64,000 bases of DNA from an uncultured delta proteobacterium (GTDB lineage Bacteria; Desulfobacterota; Desulfomonilia; UBA1062). Location of the stretch: the NCBI GenBank assembly GCA_963752595.1, contig CAVVYZ010000001.1, positions 256,001 through 320,000 of the forward strand, read 5' to 3'. Shown one piece after another: positions 11,694-22,339 of this stretch (positions within the stretch are counted from its first letter, which is position 1; every line of letters begins with the position of its first letter). Below the pieces are notes generated by a model that was not told the origin of the DNA, made no database searches, and worked only from the letters and a program-made list of their open reading frames with translations. The translations under genes and the position numbers were made by a program.

Positions 11694-12056
11694 TTGGCGC
11701 GCATTCTGATCATAGACGATGATGATGGGGTGAGAGAAGTTCTCCGGTTGATGCTGGAGAGCGGCGGCTATGAGGTGGAGGATGCGTCCGACGGGTATGA
11801 GGGGGTGAAGCACTTCCGTGAAAAGAAGCCCGATCTCGTCATAACCGACATCGTGATGGCCGGGATGGACGGGGTGGAGACCATCATGGAACTGCGGCTC
11901 ATATCTCCTGAAGTGAAGATTATCGCCATATCCGGCGGCGATCATGTCGCTCCCGGTTACTATCTGAACATGGTGAAGAATTTCGACACGGTTCATGAAA
12001 TGCAGAAGCCCATCGGCCGTGAAGAGCTGTTCCAGGCGGTAAAATCGCTCCTGTAA
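11694..12056 (+). CDS. Single-domain response regulator
   Basis: ARILIIDDD, DLVITDIVM, IIAISGG, QKP; TTG start after GGAGG. Confidence 0.85.
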   Translation: MARILIIDDDDGVREVLRLMLESGGYEVEDASDGYEGVKHFREKKPDLVITDIVMAGMDGVETIMELRLISPEVKIIAISGGDHVAPGYYLNMVKNFDTVHEMQKPIGREELFQAVKSLL

Positions 12057-12204
12057 GGCCTGTCTTGCATATTCGTCTTGCCGGTCACGATCCCCAGTCC
12101 TCGGGCTCGCATGTTTCTCCTCTTGCTTGTGTAACCGCTTGAATGGCCTATAATTGACTGTATATCATGTCGATGGCTGCGATCGCAGCCGGTAGGGGAT
12201 TGGA

Positions 12205-13014
12205 ATGGGAAAGGGTGATTTGTTCGTCCGTGCTAAGGTTCTCTGCCCGGAATGTACAGGCTTGCTCCTGGAGAATAAATCGGGCGGCTGCATCCGATGC
12301 TCATCGTGCAACGCCGGTTACCCGCACGAAGGAAGTCTCATCGACCTCATTCCCGGTAGAAAAACCGCCAACACACTCCCCCAGCATGCCATGGAATTCG
12401 CCCCCATCGTATCCATCTATGAAAGCACCCTCTGGAGGAAGAACCCCCTGATTACCTTGTTCATGGGCATCACCTTCGAGAGAGAGTATGCGGCCATGAC
12501 CGGCGCTCTCGAGCTTGAGAAAGACGATATAGTGCTCGACCTCGCCTGCGGAACCGGGATTTATGGCCGCCGGGTCGCTACTTCCCTTCCCGGGGGCATG
12601 GTGGTCGGCCTCGATCTCTCGCTTCCCATGCTTTCCCGCGCACGGGAGGACTATGAAGAACTGGGACTGTCGAATTACCTGCTGATTCACGAAGACGCTA
12701 CGAAGATTCCCCTGGTGGATGAAAGCATCGATGCCGTTCTGTGCGGCGGAGCCCTGCACCTCTTTCCCGATCTCAAGGCATCGGTCCGGGAGGTTTACCG
12801 GGTCTTGAAGCCCGGAGGCCGCTTTGCCGTCTCTGCCTTTTGCCCCGGGGACGGATTGTTTTCCGCATGGATCTCCTCGATCGTCCATATGATGAAGGGG
12901 ATCAGGGGAATTACGCCTGAAGGGCTTGAAGGGATATTTTCCGAAACAGGATTCAAGGAATCGGTCTGCCGGCATGCGCAAGGTTTCTGGCTCATCATGA
13001 GCGCTGCCAAATAA
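12205..13014 (+). CDS. Class I SAM methyltransferase (UbiE-like) with N-terminal Cys motif
   Basis: CPEC...CSSC, VLDLACGTG, GLDLS, YRVLKPGG. Confidence 0.85.
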   Translation: MGKGDLFVRAKVLCPECTGLLLENKSGGCIRCSSCNAGYPHEGSLIDLIPGRKTANTLPQHAMEFAPIVSIYESTLWRKNPLITLFMGITFEREYAAMTGALELEKDDIVLDLACGTGIYGRRVATSLPGGMVVGLDLSLPMLSRAREDYEELGLSNYLLIHEDATKIPLVDESIDAVLCGGALHLFPDLKASVREVYRVLKPGGRFAVSAFCPGDGLFSAWISSIVHMMKGIRGITPEGLEGIFSETGFKESVCRHAQGFWLIMSAAK

Positions 13015-13015
13015 C

Positions 13016-14281
13016 ATGACATGGTCCAAGGAGCGGGAGTATTTTATCAAGGAGGACCAAACCATGGCAAGGTCATTGGTACCCATACAACCTGCTGTCC
13101 TGCTCGTGTCTGTTCTCTGCTGCCTTGTCTGCGGATGTGATAAGGGAAATCCGTCTTTTATCGCTGTAGAACAGAACCTTCTCGATGCAAAAGGCCGGGC
13201 CCTTCCTGCCAAGGGAGAGCCAGGTTTCCCCAGCGTTTTCACTGCCAGGGTAACAGGAAGAAACAGGATCAGCCTGAGGTGGACAGACGTGTTCAAAAAC
13301 GAGAGGGGATATGTCATCGAACGGTCAGAAGGCAAAGGAAATGCCTTTGCAGAGATAGCCAGAGTAGATGCCGGTTCGAGCTCTTTCGAAGACACCAGGC
13401 TGAAACCTTCCACCATCTACACCTATCGGGTCCGGGCATACAATTCTTCCGGCAATTCCCCTTGCTCCGGATCCTGCAGCGTGACAACGAGCCCGTTAAG
13501 CGGGCCCATCATCATAGACCATACCTGCGCCGATCCGGATGCAGTTCCCGTTTACTGGGTCAAGGAGGCAAAGAACGTTCTCCATATCGCCTACGGGCAT
13601 ACCTCCTACGGAAGCCAGTTGATCACCGGCATGTCAGGCCTTGCCGTCTTCAAGGGGAACCTCTATGCATTCCAGAGCAATGCAAGCGGCGGAGAAGCCC
13701 TTGATCTCCGGGATGAGCCCTTCGATGGGGCACGGGATCTGGGCAACCCGGACCGGAAGGCATGGGCAGCTGCCACAAAAGCCTATCTCGATGAATACCC
13801 GGAGGTGAACGTCGTCATCTGGTCATGGGGCGGCCAGGCGGATGCATCGGGAAAAGACATCGATCTGTACCTTTCCCTCATGGAGAGCCTCGAGAAAGAG
13901 TATCCCTCGGTGGTGTTCGTTTATATGACCGGTCACGTCAACGGCACGGGACTCAAAGGCAACCTCCACCTGCGCAATGAGCAGATCAGAGATTTCTGCA
14001 GGTCCAAGGGCAAGGTCCTCTACGACTTCGAGGATATCGAAAGCTACGACCCTGATGGAGGCCATTATGGAAACAAGCAGGTAAATGCCGGCTGTGAGTA
14101 TGATTCCGACATGGACGGCTCACGGGATGCAAACTGGGCGATCGAATGGCAGGATACCCATACTGAGGGCCAGGAGTGGTACGAGTGCTACAGCGCCCAC
14201 TCCCAGTCGCTCAATGCCAACCTCAAGGCATACGCTGCCTGGTGGCTCTGGGCAAGGCTTGCAGGATGGGAGGCTGAATAA
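13016..14281 (+). CDS. Putative lipoprotein with fibronectin type III domain and an uncharacterised hydrolase-like C-terminal domain
   Basis: LVCGC lipobox-like motif; FN3 signature ISLRW...GYVIERS...LKPSTIYTYRVRAYN; AYGHTSYGSQ, FVYMTGH; start may be 13064. Confidence 0.7.
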   Translation: MTWSKEREYFIKEDQTMARSLVPIQPAVLLVSVLCCLVCGCDKGNPSFIAVEQNLLDAKGRALPAKGEPGFPSVFTARVTGRNRISLRWTDVFKNERGYVIERSEGKGNAFAEIARVDAGSSSFEDTRLKPSTIYTYRVRAYNSSGNSPCSGSCSVTTSPLSGPIIIDHTCADPDAVPVYWVKEAKNVLHIAYGHTSYGSQLITGMSGLAVFKGNLYAFQSNASGGEALDLRDEPFDGARDLGNPDRKAWAAATKAYLDEYPEVNVVIWSWGGQADASGKDIDLYLSLMESLEKEYPSVVFVYMTGHVNGTGLKGNLHLRNEQIRDFCRSKGKVLYDFEDIESYDPDGGHYGNKQVNAGCEYDSDMDGSRDANWAIEWQDTHTEGQEWYECYSAHSQSLNANLKAYAAWWLWARLAGWEAE

Positions 14282-14468
14282 TCCTTAGATTGCCGGGCGG
14301 GACAGCTCCTGTCTTTGCAGGGTTTTCAGCCTGTCCGGCAGCATCATCAAAGCCTGATACAGGTTACCGTAATTATGCAGGGGAAAAGGCAATCACCTCC
14401 AGTTCCCCCCTCCATATGAATGCATCAAGGCTCTCTCTTTACATTTTTGCTATCAGAAAAATGTATAG

Positions 14469-15096
14469 TTAATTCTTTTCCTGTCGTGTCGAGGGAACGA
14501 TCTTGAGGGTGGGTTTGGTATCGTCCGTTTCACGCTTATATGGGCTGTTGCCCTGGCAGGCCAGGCACGAAGGGCCGTCCTTCAGGGGATATGCCTCCTT
14601 GCATGAGGGGCATGTAGCAATGGCCCCGTTGCCTTTTTTCCCGAGTGATGCAATCTCCACGGTGACGCGCTGCATGGTGAGGATGCTCGTCCCTGCCTCG
14701 ATGATCTGATCTCTTAAGGCGTTTCTGTCCTGTTCATTCTTCGGCTTGAGCTTGAGGAACCAGGTCTTGATCTCGGGCCAGGCTTCCAGTTTTTCAGGGT
14801 CTAAGAATACCCTCACGCCTTCACCGGAGTATTTGTCGTACAGGCACAGGGCATAGCGGCCGAAGCTCAAGATCCTGAGCCAGCCGTTGCCGATGGTGCA
14901 GGGTGTGAGGAGCTGAATGGCATCCGGAAGACAGGTCTGAGTCTCGCTGATGGCGTCGAAAAGGACCCCGTCGGGAGAACTCCTTCATGGCAAGGTCCAC
15001 CATGAACCCGCCTATGATGAGGCCCGGCGCTATGTTGCCGTGGAACGACTTGACCAGATGCATGTAGTCTTCAACCGAGTAGGAACCGATGTTCAT
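14469..15096 (-). CDS. FmdE-family protein (frameshifted)
   Basis: SFHGNIAPGLIIGGFMVD, CLPDAIQLLTPCTIGNG, C-terminal CPSCKEAYP...CLAC; split over ORFs. Confidence 0.8.
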
Positions 15097-15843
15097 CGTA
15101 TATACTCCCTTCTTTTATCGTATGCTTCAAGCTCCACATCCCCTTCGGCGTCTATTCCCGCTCGATCCGGGCACAAGCTCAGGTCCCTTGCCTTGAGCAT
15201 GAACTGGAGCAGCCATTTATGAAAGACCTTGCCCTTTACGACCGGGACGATCTCGTCGCCCAGGAAAAGGGCCTCTTTGATATCGTGAGTAACATGGATG
15301 ATGGGTATTGCAAGCTCTCTCTTCATTTCGGCCAGAGCCGTGCGGAGGCTTCTCCGGGTGAGCGGGTCCAGCGCGGAGAAGGGCTCGTCCATGAGGAGCA
15401 CTTCGGGGCTTTTTTGCCAGGGCCTGGCAGATGGCAACGCGCTGTCTTTCCCCTCCTGAAATGGCCTGGGGCCGGCTGTCCTTAAGGTGCCGGATGCCGA
15501 ACCTTTTCATCAGGTCTTCAGCCAGGGACTTGTCAGTTGCGGCAAAGCAGACATTTTTAAATACGCTGCAGTGGGGGAACAGGGCAAAATCCTGGAACAC
15601 CATGGCAAGACGGCGCTTCTGTACAGGCAGGACTGCCCTGCTCCTGGTGTTTGCCCAGGTCCGGCCTCCGCAGGTGATGACACCTTCATCCGGTGCATCG
15701 AGGCCCGCAAGAAGCCTCAGGATTGTTGTCTTGCCGGAACCTGAAGGCCCGACAATGGAGAGGATCTCCCCCCTCCTGCAGGAAAGAGAGACATCCAAGG
15801 TAAAATGATTGAGTTTTTTTCTGATCTCAGCTGTTAAGGCCAT
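15093..15843 (-). CDS. modC: Molybdate/tungstate ABC transporter ATPase (frameshift near 15410)
   Basis: GPSGSGKTT, ISGGERQRVA, LLMDEPFSALD, HVTHD. Confidence 0.88.
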
Positions 15844-16510
15844 CGTGCGTGCCCCTGCTCAAGGTATTGGTGATAACTAAAAAGCTGAAGCTCAAGAGTG
15901 CCAGCACCAGCGACATGATCCATGCGTCCCGGTACCGGAGCGACTCCACTGCCTCGTAGACGGCGATGGATGCAACCCGTGTCTCGCCTGGGATGCTCCC
16001 TCCCACCATGAGGATCACCCCGAACTCCCCCATGGTGTGGAGAAATACGAGGATCGCCGCAGCGGCAAAACCGGCTGTCGAGTTGGGAATAATGACCCGG
16101 AAAAATGCCTTCATGGGCGACAAACCCAGTACGTACGCATTTTCCAGGACCTTCCTGTCTATCTTGGAAAAGGCCGCCTTCAACGGCTGGACCGCGAACG
16201 GCAGGCTGTAAAAAATCGAGGCGATGACGATCCCGGTAAAGGTGAACAACAGCGTAGAGCCGAAAAGGCCCTCCCATGCCTTTCCGAAAGGCCCTTTCGG
16301 CCCCATTGCGATCAGGAGGTAGAAGCCCAGTACGGTGGGAGGCAGGACGATGGGCAGGCTGATGAGCGATTCCACAATCGCCCTGCCGGGAACTCTCCGG
16401 TAGACAAGCAGATAGGCGAGAAGAGAACCGATCACAAGCAGTACGATCGTGGTCACGAAGGCGAGCTTGAAGGAGATCCACAGCGGGAACAGGATGCTAC
16501 CGGTATCCAT
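15827..16510 (-). CDS. modB: Molybdate ABC transporter permease
   Basis: LPIVLPPTVLGFYLL, YSLPFAVQP, HTMGEFGVILMVGGSIPGET. Confidence 0.92.
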   Translation of the reverse strand: MDTGSILFPLWISFKLAFVTTIVLLVIGSLLAYLLVYRRVPGRAIVESLISLPIVLPPTVLGFYLLIAMGPKGPFGKAWEGLFGSTLLFTFTGIVIASIFYSLPFAVQPLKAAFSKIDRKVLENAYVLGLSPMKAFFRVIIPNSTAGFAAAAILVFLHTMGEFGVILMVGGSIPGETRVASIAVYEAVESLRYRDAWIMSLVLALLSFSFLVITNTLSRGTHDGLNS

Positions 16511-17243
16511 ACTTCTCCTTCACCCGGACGGCAGCCGGGGAGATGAGAAAATCGGCAAACTGCCCGGCAGCAGCCCTGTTTTTTGTGCGGACGAGGATAC
16601 ACGCGGCCTGGATAACTTTCGGCGCCTGCTCCACGACAATGGTGCAGCCCTTTTTCCCAGCAGGAGTGCGGGTGGAGGAAAGGGCGCAGAAGCCGAAGTC
16701 CACGGCCCCGGTGGAGGCATACTGGAAGACCTGCCCGACATCCTGCGGAAATACGAATTTCCCCTTGAGTGTATCTGCCAGGCCGGCCGCTTTCAGCGCA
16801 GACATGGCGGCTGCACCGTAGGGGGCGGTTTCCGGGTTCGCGAGGGCGATCTTACGAACCCCGGAGTATCTGACTGCATCGATCCAGCCCTTGTGGTTCC
16901 TGCACGCATCCCTGCTCGAAGACCACAGGACGACCTCACCTATGGCATATATGAAGGGTTTCTCTGCGAGGCGGTCTTTAAAAAGCCTGTTCGGACGGTC
17001 CTCATCCGCAGAGAGGAAGATATCATAGGGTGCGCCGTGTATGATCTGGACATAGAGCTTGCCCGTTGAGGCAAACACAGGTTCGGCCTTGATGCCGCTT
17101 TGTTTCTCAAACAGCGCAGCGATCTCATTGAAAGGCACCAGGTAATTCGCCGCCACGCCGACAAGGATGTTTTCATCAGCAGAAGCCACGCCCGCCCGAC
17201 AAACAAGCACCGCTGCAGTCAATAGAAAGATGTATGCCCTCAA
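16497..17243 (-). CDS. modA: Molybdate ABC transporter substrate-binding protein
   Basis: Signal peptide, ASTGKLYVQIIHGAPYDIFLSAD, IALANPETAPYGAAA. Confidence 0.92.
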   Translation of the reverse strand: MRAYIFLLTAAVLVCRAGVASADENILVGVAANYLVPFNEIAALFEKQSGIKAEPVFASTGKLYVQIIHGAPYDIFLSADEDRPNRLFKDRLAEKPFIYAIGEVVLWSSSRDACRNHKGWIDAVRYSGVRKIALANPETAPYGAAAMSALKAAGLADTLKGKFVFPQDVGQVFQYASTGAVDFGFCALSSTRTPAGKKGCTIVVEQAPKVIQAACILVRTKNRAAAGQFADFLISPAAVRVKEKYGYR

Positions 17244-17262
17244 AGGAATCCTCTTTATTAAA

Positions 17263-17282
17263 TTATATTTATAATAACATAA
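17263..17282. promoter_or_regulatory. Imperfect palindrome upstream of modA (candidate operator)
   Basis: TTATATTTATAATAACATAA, 16/20 identical to the palindrome at 27558-27577. Confidence 0.45.
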
Positions 17283-17430
17283 TTAAAAGAATCTTACAAG
17301 GTTAAATTAAGCAATCCTGTTGGATACTTATTGGGGAGGTCCGGCAAAAAGGGATAGCATGAAAATTATATATATGCTAGTACATACATAAATAAAAATC
17401 AATTTCATTGTATCATTGTTTGGGGGAGGC

Positions 17431-17631
17431 ATGCAGGAAAGGTGGGCTGTTGCGTTCGAGCCGTGTGATATGGGTCAGGGAAAATTTCTCTGGCTGAGGG
17501 ACCAGTGCGGTAATATCATTGTATTCGGTTCAAAACGAGAGGCGAGGATGTGGGTGCTGGTCGAGGCCTCGTTCAGCCCGGAACCTGATGACGCTGTGTA
17601 TATCAAACTTCCGCACGGTAATACCGGATAA
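17431..17631 (+). CDS. Small hypothetical protein
   Basis: GGAGG immediately upstream of ATG; 66 aa; no family recognised. Confidence 0.4.
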   Translation: MQERWAVAFEPCDMGQGKFLWLRDQCGNIIVFGSKREARMWVLVEASFSPEPDDAVYIKLPHGNTG

Positions 17632-17797
17632 CCTTCATGGTGCCGGTACCCTGCCTGAAGGAATGCAATGGGAAAGAATGAAACTTGTTATTTATGCATG
17701 TCTTGACATATATTTGCTATTATGCATAAATGTATAGAATAAACAGTCGGGAGAAAATCGTTTCACCGGCATGGCAATGACAATGAGAGGAGAATTC

Positions 17798-20499
17798 ATG
17801 GACAGCTATATGCTTACGCTGAACGGCAAACAGGTTGAATTCAAACCAGGGCAGACGATTCTCGAGGTTGCCGCGGACAATGGAATAACCATACCGACGC
17901 TGTGTCACCTGAAAGGCTGCACACCCACGGGTGCCTGCCGTATTTGTCTGGTCGAGGTTGCAGGCGCACGGTCATTGATGGCATCGTGCTCAACCCCTGC
18001 GGAAAAAGGCATGACCGTAAACACGGAAACGGAGAGGGTCCACAGGACGAGGAAGCTTACCACCGAGTTTCTTCTGGCAAGCGGCCGCCATAACTGCATC
18101 ACCTGCGAGAGGTCCGGGGCGTGCACACTCCAGGATCTTGCATATAAATACGGCATAGATAAGCTCCGCTTTGAAAACACCCCACAGCCGTTTGAAAACG
18201 AGGACGTGAATCCCTTCATTATAAGGGATTTCAGCAAGTGCATCCTCTGCGGGCGCTGTGTCCAGGCGTGCCAGGATGTGCAGGTGAACCGGGCCATAAC
18301 CTTCGGATATCGCGGGCCGCAGTGCGAAGATCGTGGCCGGGCCCGATGTCCGCTACGACCAGAGCGACTGCGTTTTCTGCGGGCAGTGCGTGCAGGCATG
18401 CCCGGTGGGGGCGCTCGTCGGAGAAGAAGGCCGAAATTCGCGGGCCGGGCCAAAGACATGAAAAGGTCCGCACCACCTGCCCCTACTGCGGCGTCGGCTG
18501 CCAGTGGAGCTCCACGTGAAGGACGGGAAGATCGTCAAGGTCACGGGCGTCGAGGACGGCCACCCAACCAGGGGCATGCTGTGCGTCAAGGGCCGCTTCG
18601 GCTACGACTTCATCTATTCGGAAGAGCGGCTGACAACCCCGCTGATCCGGGAGAACGGCAAGTTCCGGGAGGCGTCCTGGGACGAGGCCCTGGACCTGAT
18701 GGCCAGCAAATTCAAGGAGATCATCGCGAAGCACGGGCCCGATGCCCTGGCCGGCGTCAGCTGCGCCCGCAGCATCAACGAAGATTCCTACCAGATGCAG
18801 AAGCTCTTCCGCGCGGTGATCAAGACGAACAACATCGACCACTGCGCGCGAACCTGACACGCCCCCACGGTCGCCGGTCTGGCGACAGCTTCGGTTCCGG
18901 CGCGATGACCAATTCCTTCGGCGAGTTCGCGAAGGCGAAGATGCTCTTCGTCATCGGCTCCAACATGACCGAGGCCCATCCGGTGGCGTCCACCTTCGTC
19001 AAGAAGGCCGTGCATGAACGGGCGCGACAGCTCATCGTGGTCGACCCGCGGCAGCACGCGCTGGCCGACTTGGCGACGATCCATGTCGCCCATCACGGTC
19101 GGGATCGGACATGGCCTTCCTCAACGGCCTCATGAACGTCCTCATCACGGAAAATCTCTACGACAAGGAGATTCGTGGCGAACTGCACCAGGATTTCGAC
19201 GAGCTCAAAGAGAAGGTCATGGAGTATCCGCCTGAGAAGGCGGCCGAGATCTGCGGCGTCAGTGCCGAGCTGATCCGGGAGATCGCCCGCATGCTGGCCA
19301 CGGTCAAGCCCGTGCATGCTCTGCTACACCCTGGGCATCACCGAGCACACCTGCGGCACGAACAACGTGCATGTCCATCGCCAACCTGCAGATGCTGCTG
19401 GGCAACATGGGCATGGAGTGCGGCGGGCGTCAACCCCCTGCGCGGCCAGAACAACGTCCAGGGCGCCTGCGACATGGGCGCGCTGCCCAACGTGTTCCCG
19501 GGCTACCAGAAGGTGACGATCCCGGCGATGCCGGGCGAAGTTCGAGAAGGCCTGGGGCGTGGACGACCTGCCCGAAAAGCCGGGCTGATGATGCCCCAGA
19601 TGATGGACGGCCTGCCGACGGCAAGATCAAGGCCTTCTAGATCTTCGGCGAGAACCTGGCCAACACCGAGCCTGACATCGCGCCAGGTCGAGCATGAGCT
19701 CGCCTCTGCCGAGTTCATCGTCTGCAACGACATCTTTCCCACCGAGACCACCCGGTTCGCCCACGTCATCTTCCCGGCCGCCGCCTGGAGCGAGGATGAC
19801 GGCACATTCACCAGCAGCGAGCGCGGGTGAGCCGGGTGCGCAAGGTCAGCACGCCGCCGGGCCAGGCGAAGCCCAACTGGTGGATATTCAAGGAGATCGC
19901 CAAGCGCATGGGCCATGAGTGGCCCTCGAACAGCGGCCAGGAGATCTGGGACAACGAGGTTTCGGTCGCTGGCACCGGCAATGGCCGGGATCAAGTATCG
20001 CCGGATCGAACACGATGGCCTCCAGTGGCCCTGCCCGAACGAGGATCACCCCGGCACACCGGTTCCTGCACAAGGACGGCGAGTTCACCAGCGGCAAGGG
20101 CCGTCTTCACGCCGGTGGACTGGACCCCGCCGGCCGAAGTGCCGGACGCCGAGTATCCGTTCGTGCTCTCGACCGGCCGCAGGCTGTATCATTATCACAC
20201 CCGGACCCAGACCGGCCGGTAGCGGGCTCGAACGATCTCTTGTCCGAGGAGACTGCGGACATGTCCCCGGAAGATGCAAGCGCGCTGGACATCGGCACAA
20301 TGAGATGATCCGCGTCAGTTCCCGGCGCGGCGAGGTAAAGGTCAAGGCCAGAGTCACCGACCAGATCCCCCAGGGCATGGTCTGGATGGCGTTCCATTTC
20401 CGGGACGGCAACGCGAACTGGCTGACCAATGCGGTCTTCGATCCGGTCACCCAGACCGCCGAGTACAAGGCCTGCGCAGTGAATGTCGAGAAGATCTGA
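17798..20499 (+). CDS. fdhF: Cytoplasmic selenocysteine formate dehydrogenase alpha subunit with NuoG-like Fe-S N-terminus (FDH-1; many frameshifts)
   Basis: IPTLCH/GACRICLVEV, KCILCGRCVQAC, TTCPYCGVGC, NNIDHCART-TGA(18855-18857)-HAPTVAGLA, PLRGQNNVQGACDMG, TAEYKACAV. Confidence 0.88.
18858..18886 (+). promoter_or_regulatory. Bacterial SECIS hairpin of FDH-1
   Basis: GTCGCC-GGTCT-GGCGAC (18870-18886) starting 12 nt after the in-frame TGA, resembling the fdhF-type SECIS. Confidence 0.8.
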
Positions 20500-20506
20500 C
20501 AAATCC

Positions 20507-20540
20507 GGCGCCGGAGGGACGTATTCCCCCGGCGCCTCTT
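20507..20540 (+). terminator. GC-rich hairpin after FDH-1
   Basis: GGCGCCGG...CCGGCGCC stem followed by TCTT; weak U tract. Confidence 0.45.
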
Positions 20541-20593
20541 GATTCCCTGAAAGTATATAAAAGCAAAAAATATATCACCAGAGGTTGGATGAC

Positions 20594-21479
20594 ATGGCAA
20601 ATGCTTCAGAGAAGATCAATCGGCTGGAAAAGATCATGGAGGCCGCTACGCGGAGCAACAAGCACAGCAGCGATATACTCAAGGCCTTCAGGCCGGTTCT
20701 CGTCAAAAAGGCAGACCTCTTCGATGCTTTAGAACTGCCTCAGGACGAAACGCTGAACCTCGATGAGTCCCGGTTCAAAGAAGGTGTCCCCCTCTGCCGT
20801 CAGAATGACCTTACACCCGGCGGCAATACCTGCGAAACCATTGCCCTGTCTCTGATCCCGGCGATCATCCAGGGGTTCCCGGACATGAAGCTCGAAATGG
20901 AAAAGCTCGAAGGCCTGATCAGGAAGAAGGCCATCAGTCTATCGGAGTACTTTGCAGCAGCACCCGAACAAGGCGATGAACTCATCAGAAGGTGGGCTTC
21001 AGACCCGGGCGTCGCCCCGTATGCATCTGCGTTCTTGGCAAGGACGGTTTTCCGGGTATACCTTGAGAAGAAGGCCCGCAACTGGGCGGAGCTCATAAAG
21101 GGCTTCACATGGGACAAGGGCTACTGCCCGATCTGCGGTTCCTCACCCATGATCGCCAAGGTCCGGGAAGGAATAGCGAACAGGTGGCTCCACTGCTCGT
21201 GCTGCGGCCACGAGTGGGTGTTCGAGCAGGGTGATCTGCCCAGCCTGCGAGAACACCGAGCAGAAAGAGATGACCTATTTCTTCGTGGATAGCAAGGACA
21301 AGGAAACTACGTTCGTGTGCGAGAAGTGCAGGCAGTACTTCATCACGGTGAACAAGGTGAGCGATCTCGCAGAGTTCGATGCGGACGTCTCGGCCATAAG
21401 CCTCGTTCATCTGGACGTCCTCATGCAGGAAAAGGGATTCAAGCCCATGGCAGAGTGCGAGTGGAACGTGTTTCCCTGA
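20594..21479 (+). CDS. fdhE: Formate dehydrogenase accessory protein FdhE (frameshift near 21230)
   Basis: GYCPICGS, WLHCSCCGHEW, CPACEN, CEKCRQY, HLDVLMQEKGF. Confidence 0.88.
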
Positions 21480-21547
21480 TCAATGTGAACACGGCGCTTG
21501 GTGAGAAGTCCCTCAAACACCTGAGAGAGGAGCACGGTTTTTCGTTT

Positions 21548-22276
21548 TCAGTTCCCGCTAAAAAGAACGAGCGAGAAAGACGTCCCTTTGTCTGGTTCGC
21601 TCTCGACTGAAATCGTGCCCCGGTAGGGGTCGAGGAGTTTTTTAACAATCGCGAGGCCAAGTCCGGTTCCTTTGATATCATGAGTCCTGCTGTTTTTGAT
21701 GCGCACGAATTCCTGAAAGAGCCGGGCCTGCTCCTCAGGGGTCATGCCGATGCCGGTATCCGACACGCTCACGGTTATCCCGGTGCCTGTTTTTTTACGG
21801 TCACCCTTATGGATCCATTGTCTTTGTTGTATTTTACGGCGTTGTCCATGAGGTGCTGCAGGATCAACTCGATCTCCCGGGCTACGGCCTGCAGGATGAG
21901 GCCGTCCTCAATTTCTGTTGTCACGGTGATGTTCCGTTCTTGTGCCTCTTTCAGATACCTGTTCAGGATGCTGCGGGCAGTCTTCGATACGTCCAGTGCG
22001 GTGAGGGACGCGGGAAGAGGATGGCGTCCGGATCCTCGACCAGTCCACGACATCGGTGATAAGCTCGCGCATCCGGTGCAGCCGCGAGATGGAATTACCA
22101 ACGATCGGCAGGTAGGAGTTGATGTCTTCGCCGAGGACCTTGCCGCGGATGATCTCCAGGTACGATTCCACGGCATTGAGAGGGGATTTCAGGTCATGGC
22201 CGAGGACAGTGAGAATGTCGAAAGACATCCCTTTGCACTCCGACGTTTTTTCATCCGGGGAAGGGTTCATAAACAT
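21548..22276 (-). CDS. Soluble histidine kinase lacking an input domain (frameshifted)
   Basis: GHDLKSPL H-box about 25 aa from the start, DNAVKYN, SDTGIGM, GTGLGLAIV, in three frames; AGGAGGT RBS. Confidence 0.8.
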
Positions 22277-22339
22277 ACCTCCTTGCTTACCGAGCCGGAG
22301 GGGCAAGGTCAGTCCCGCCCCTTTTTTTATAGTTGCTCC

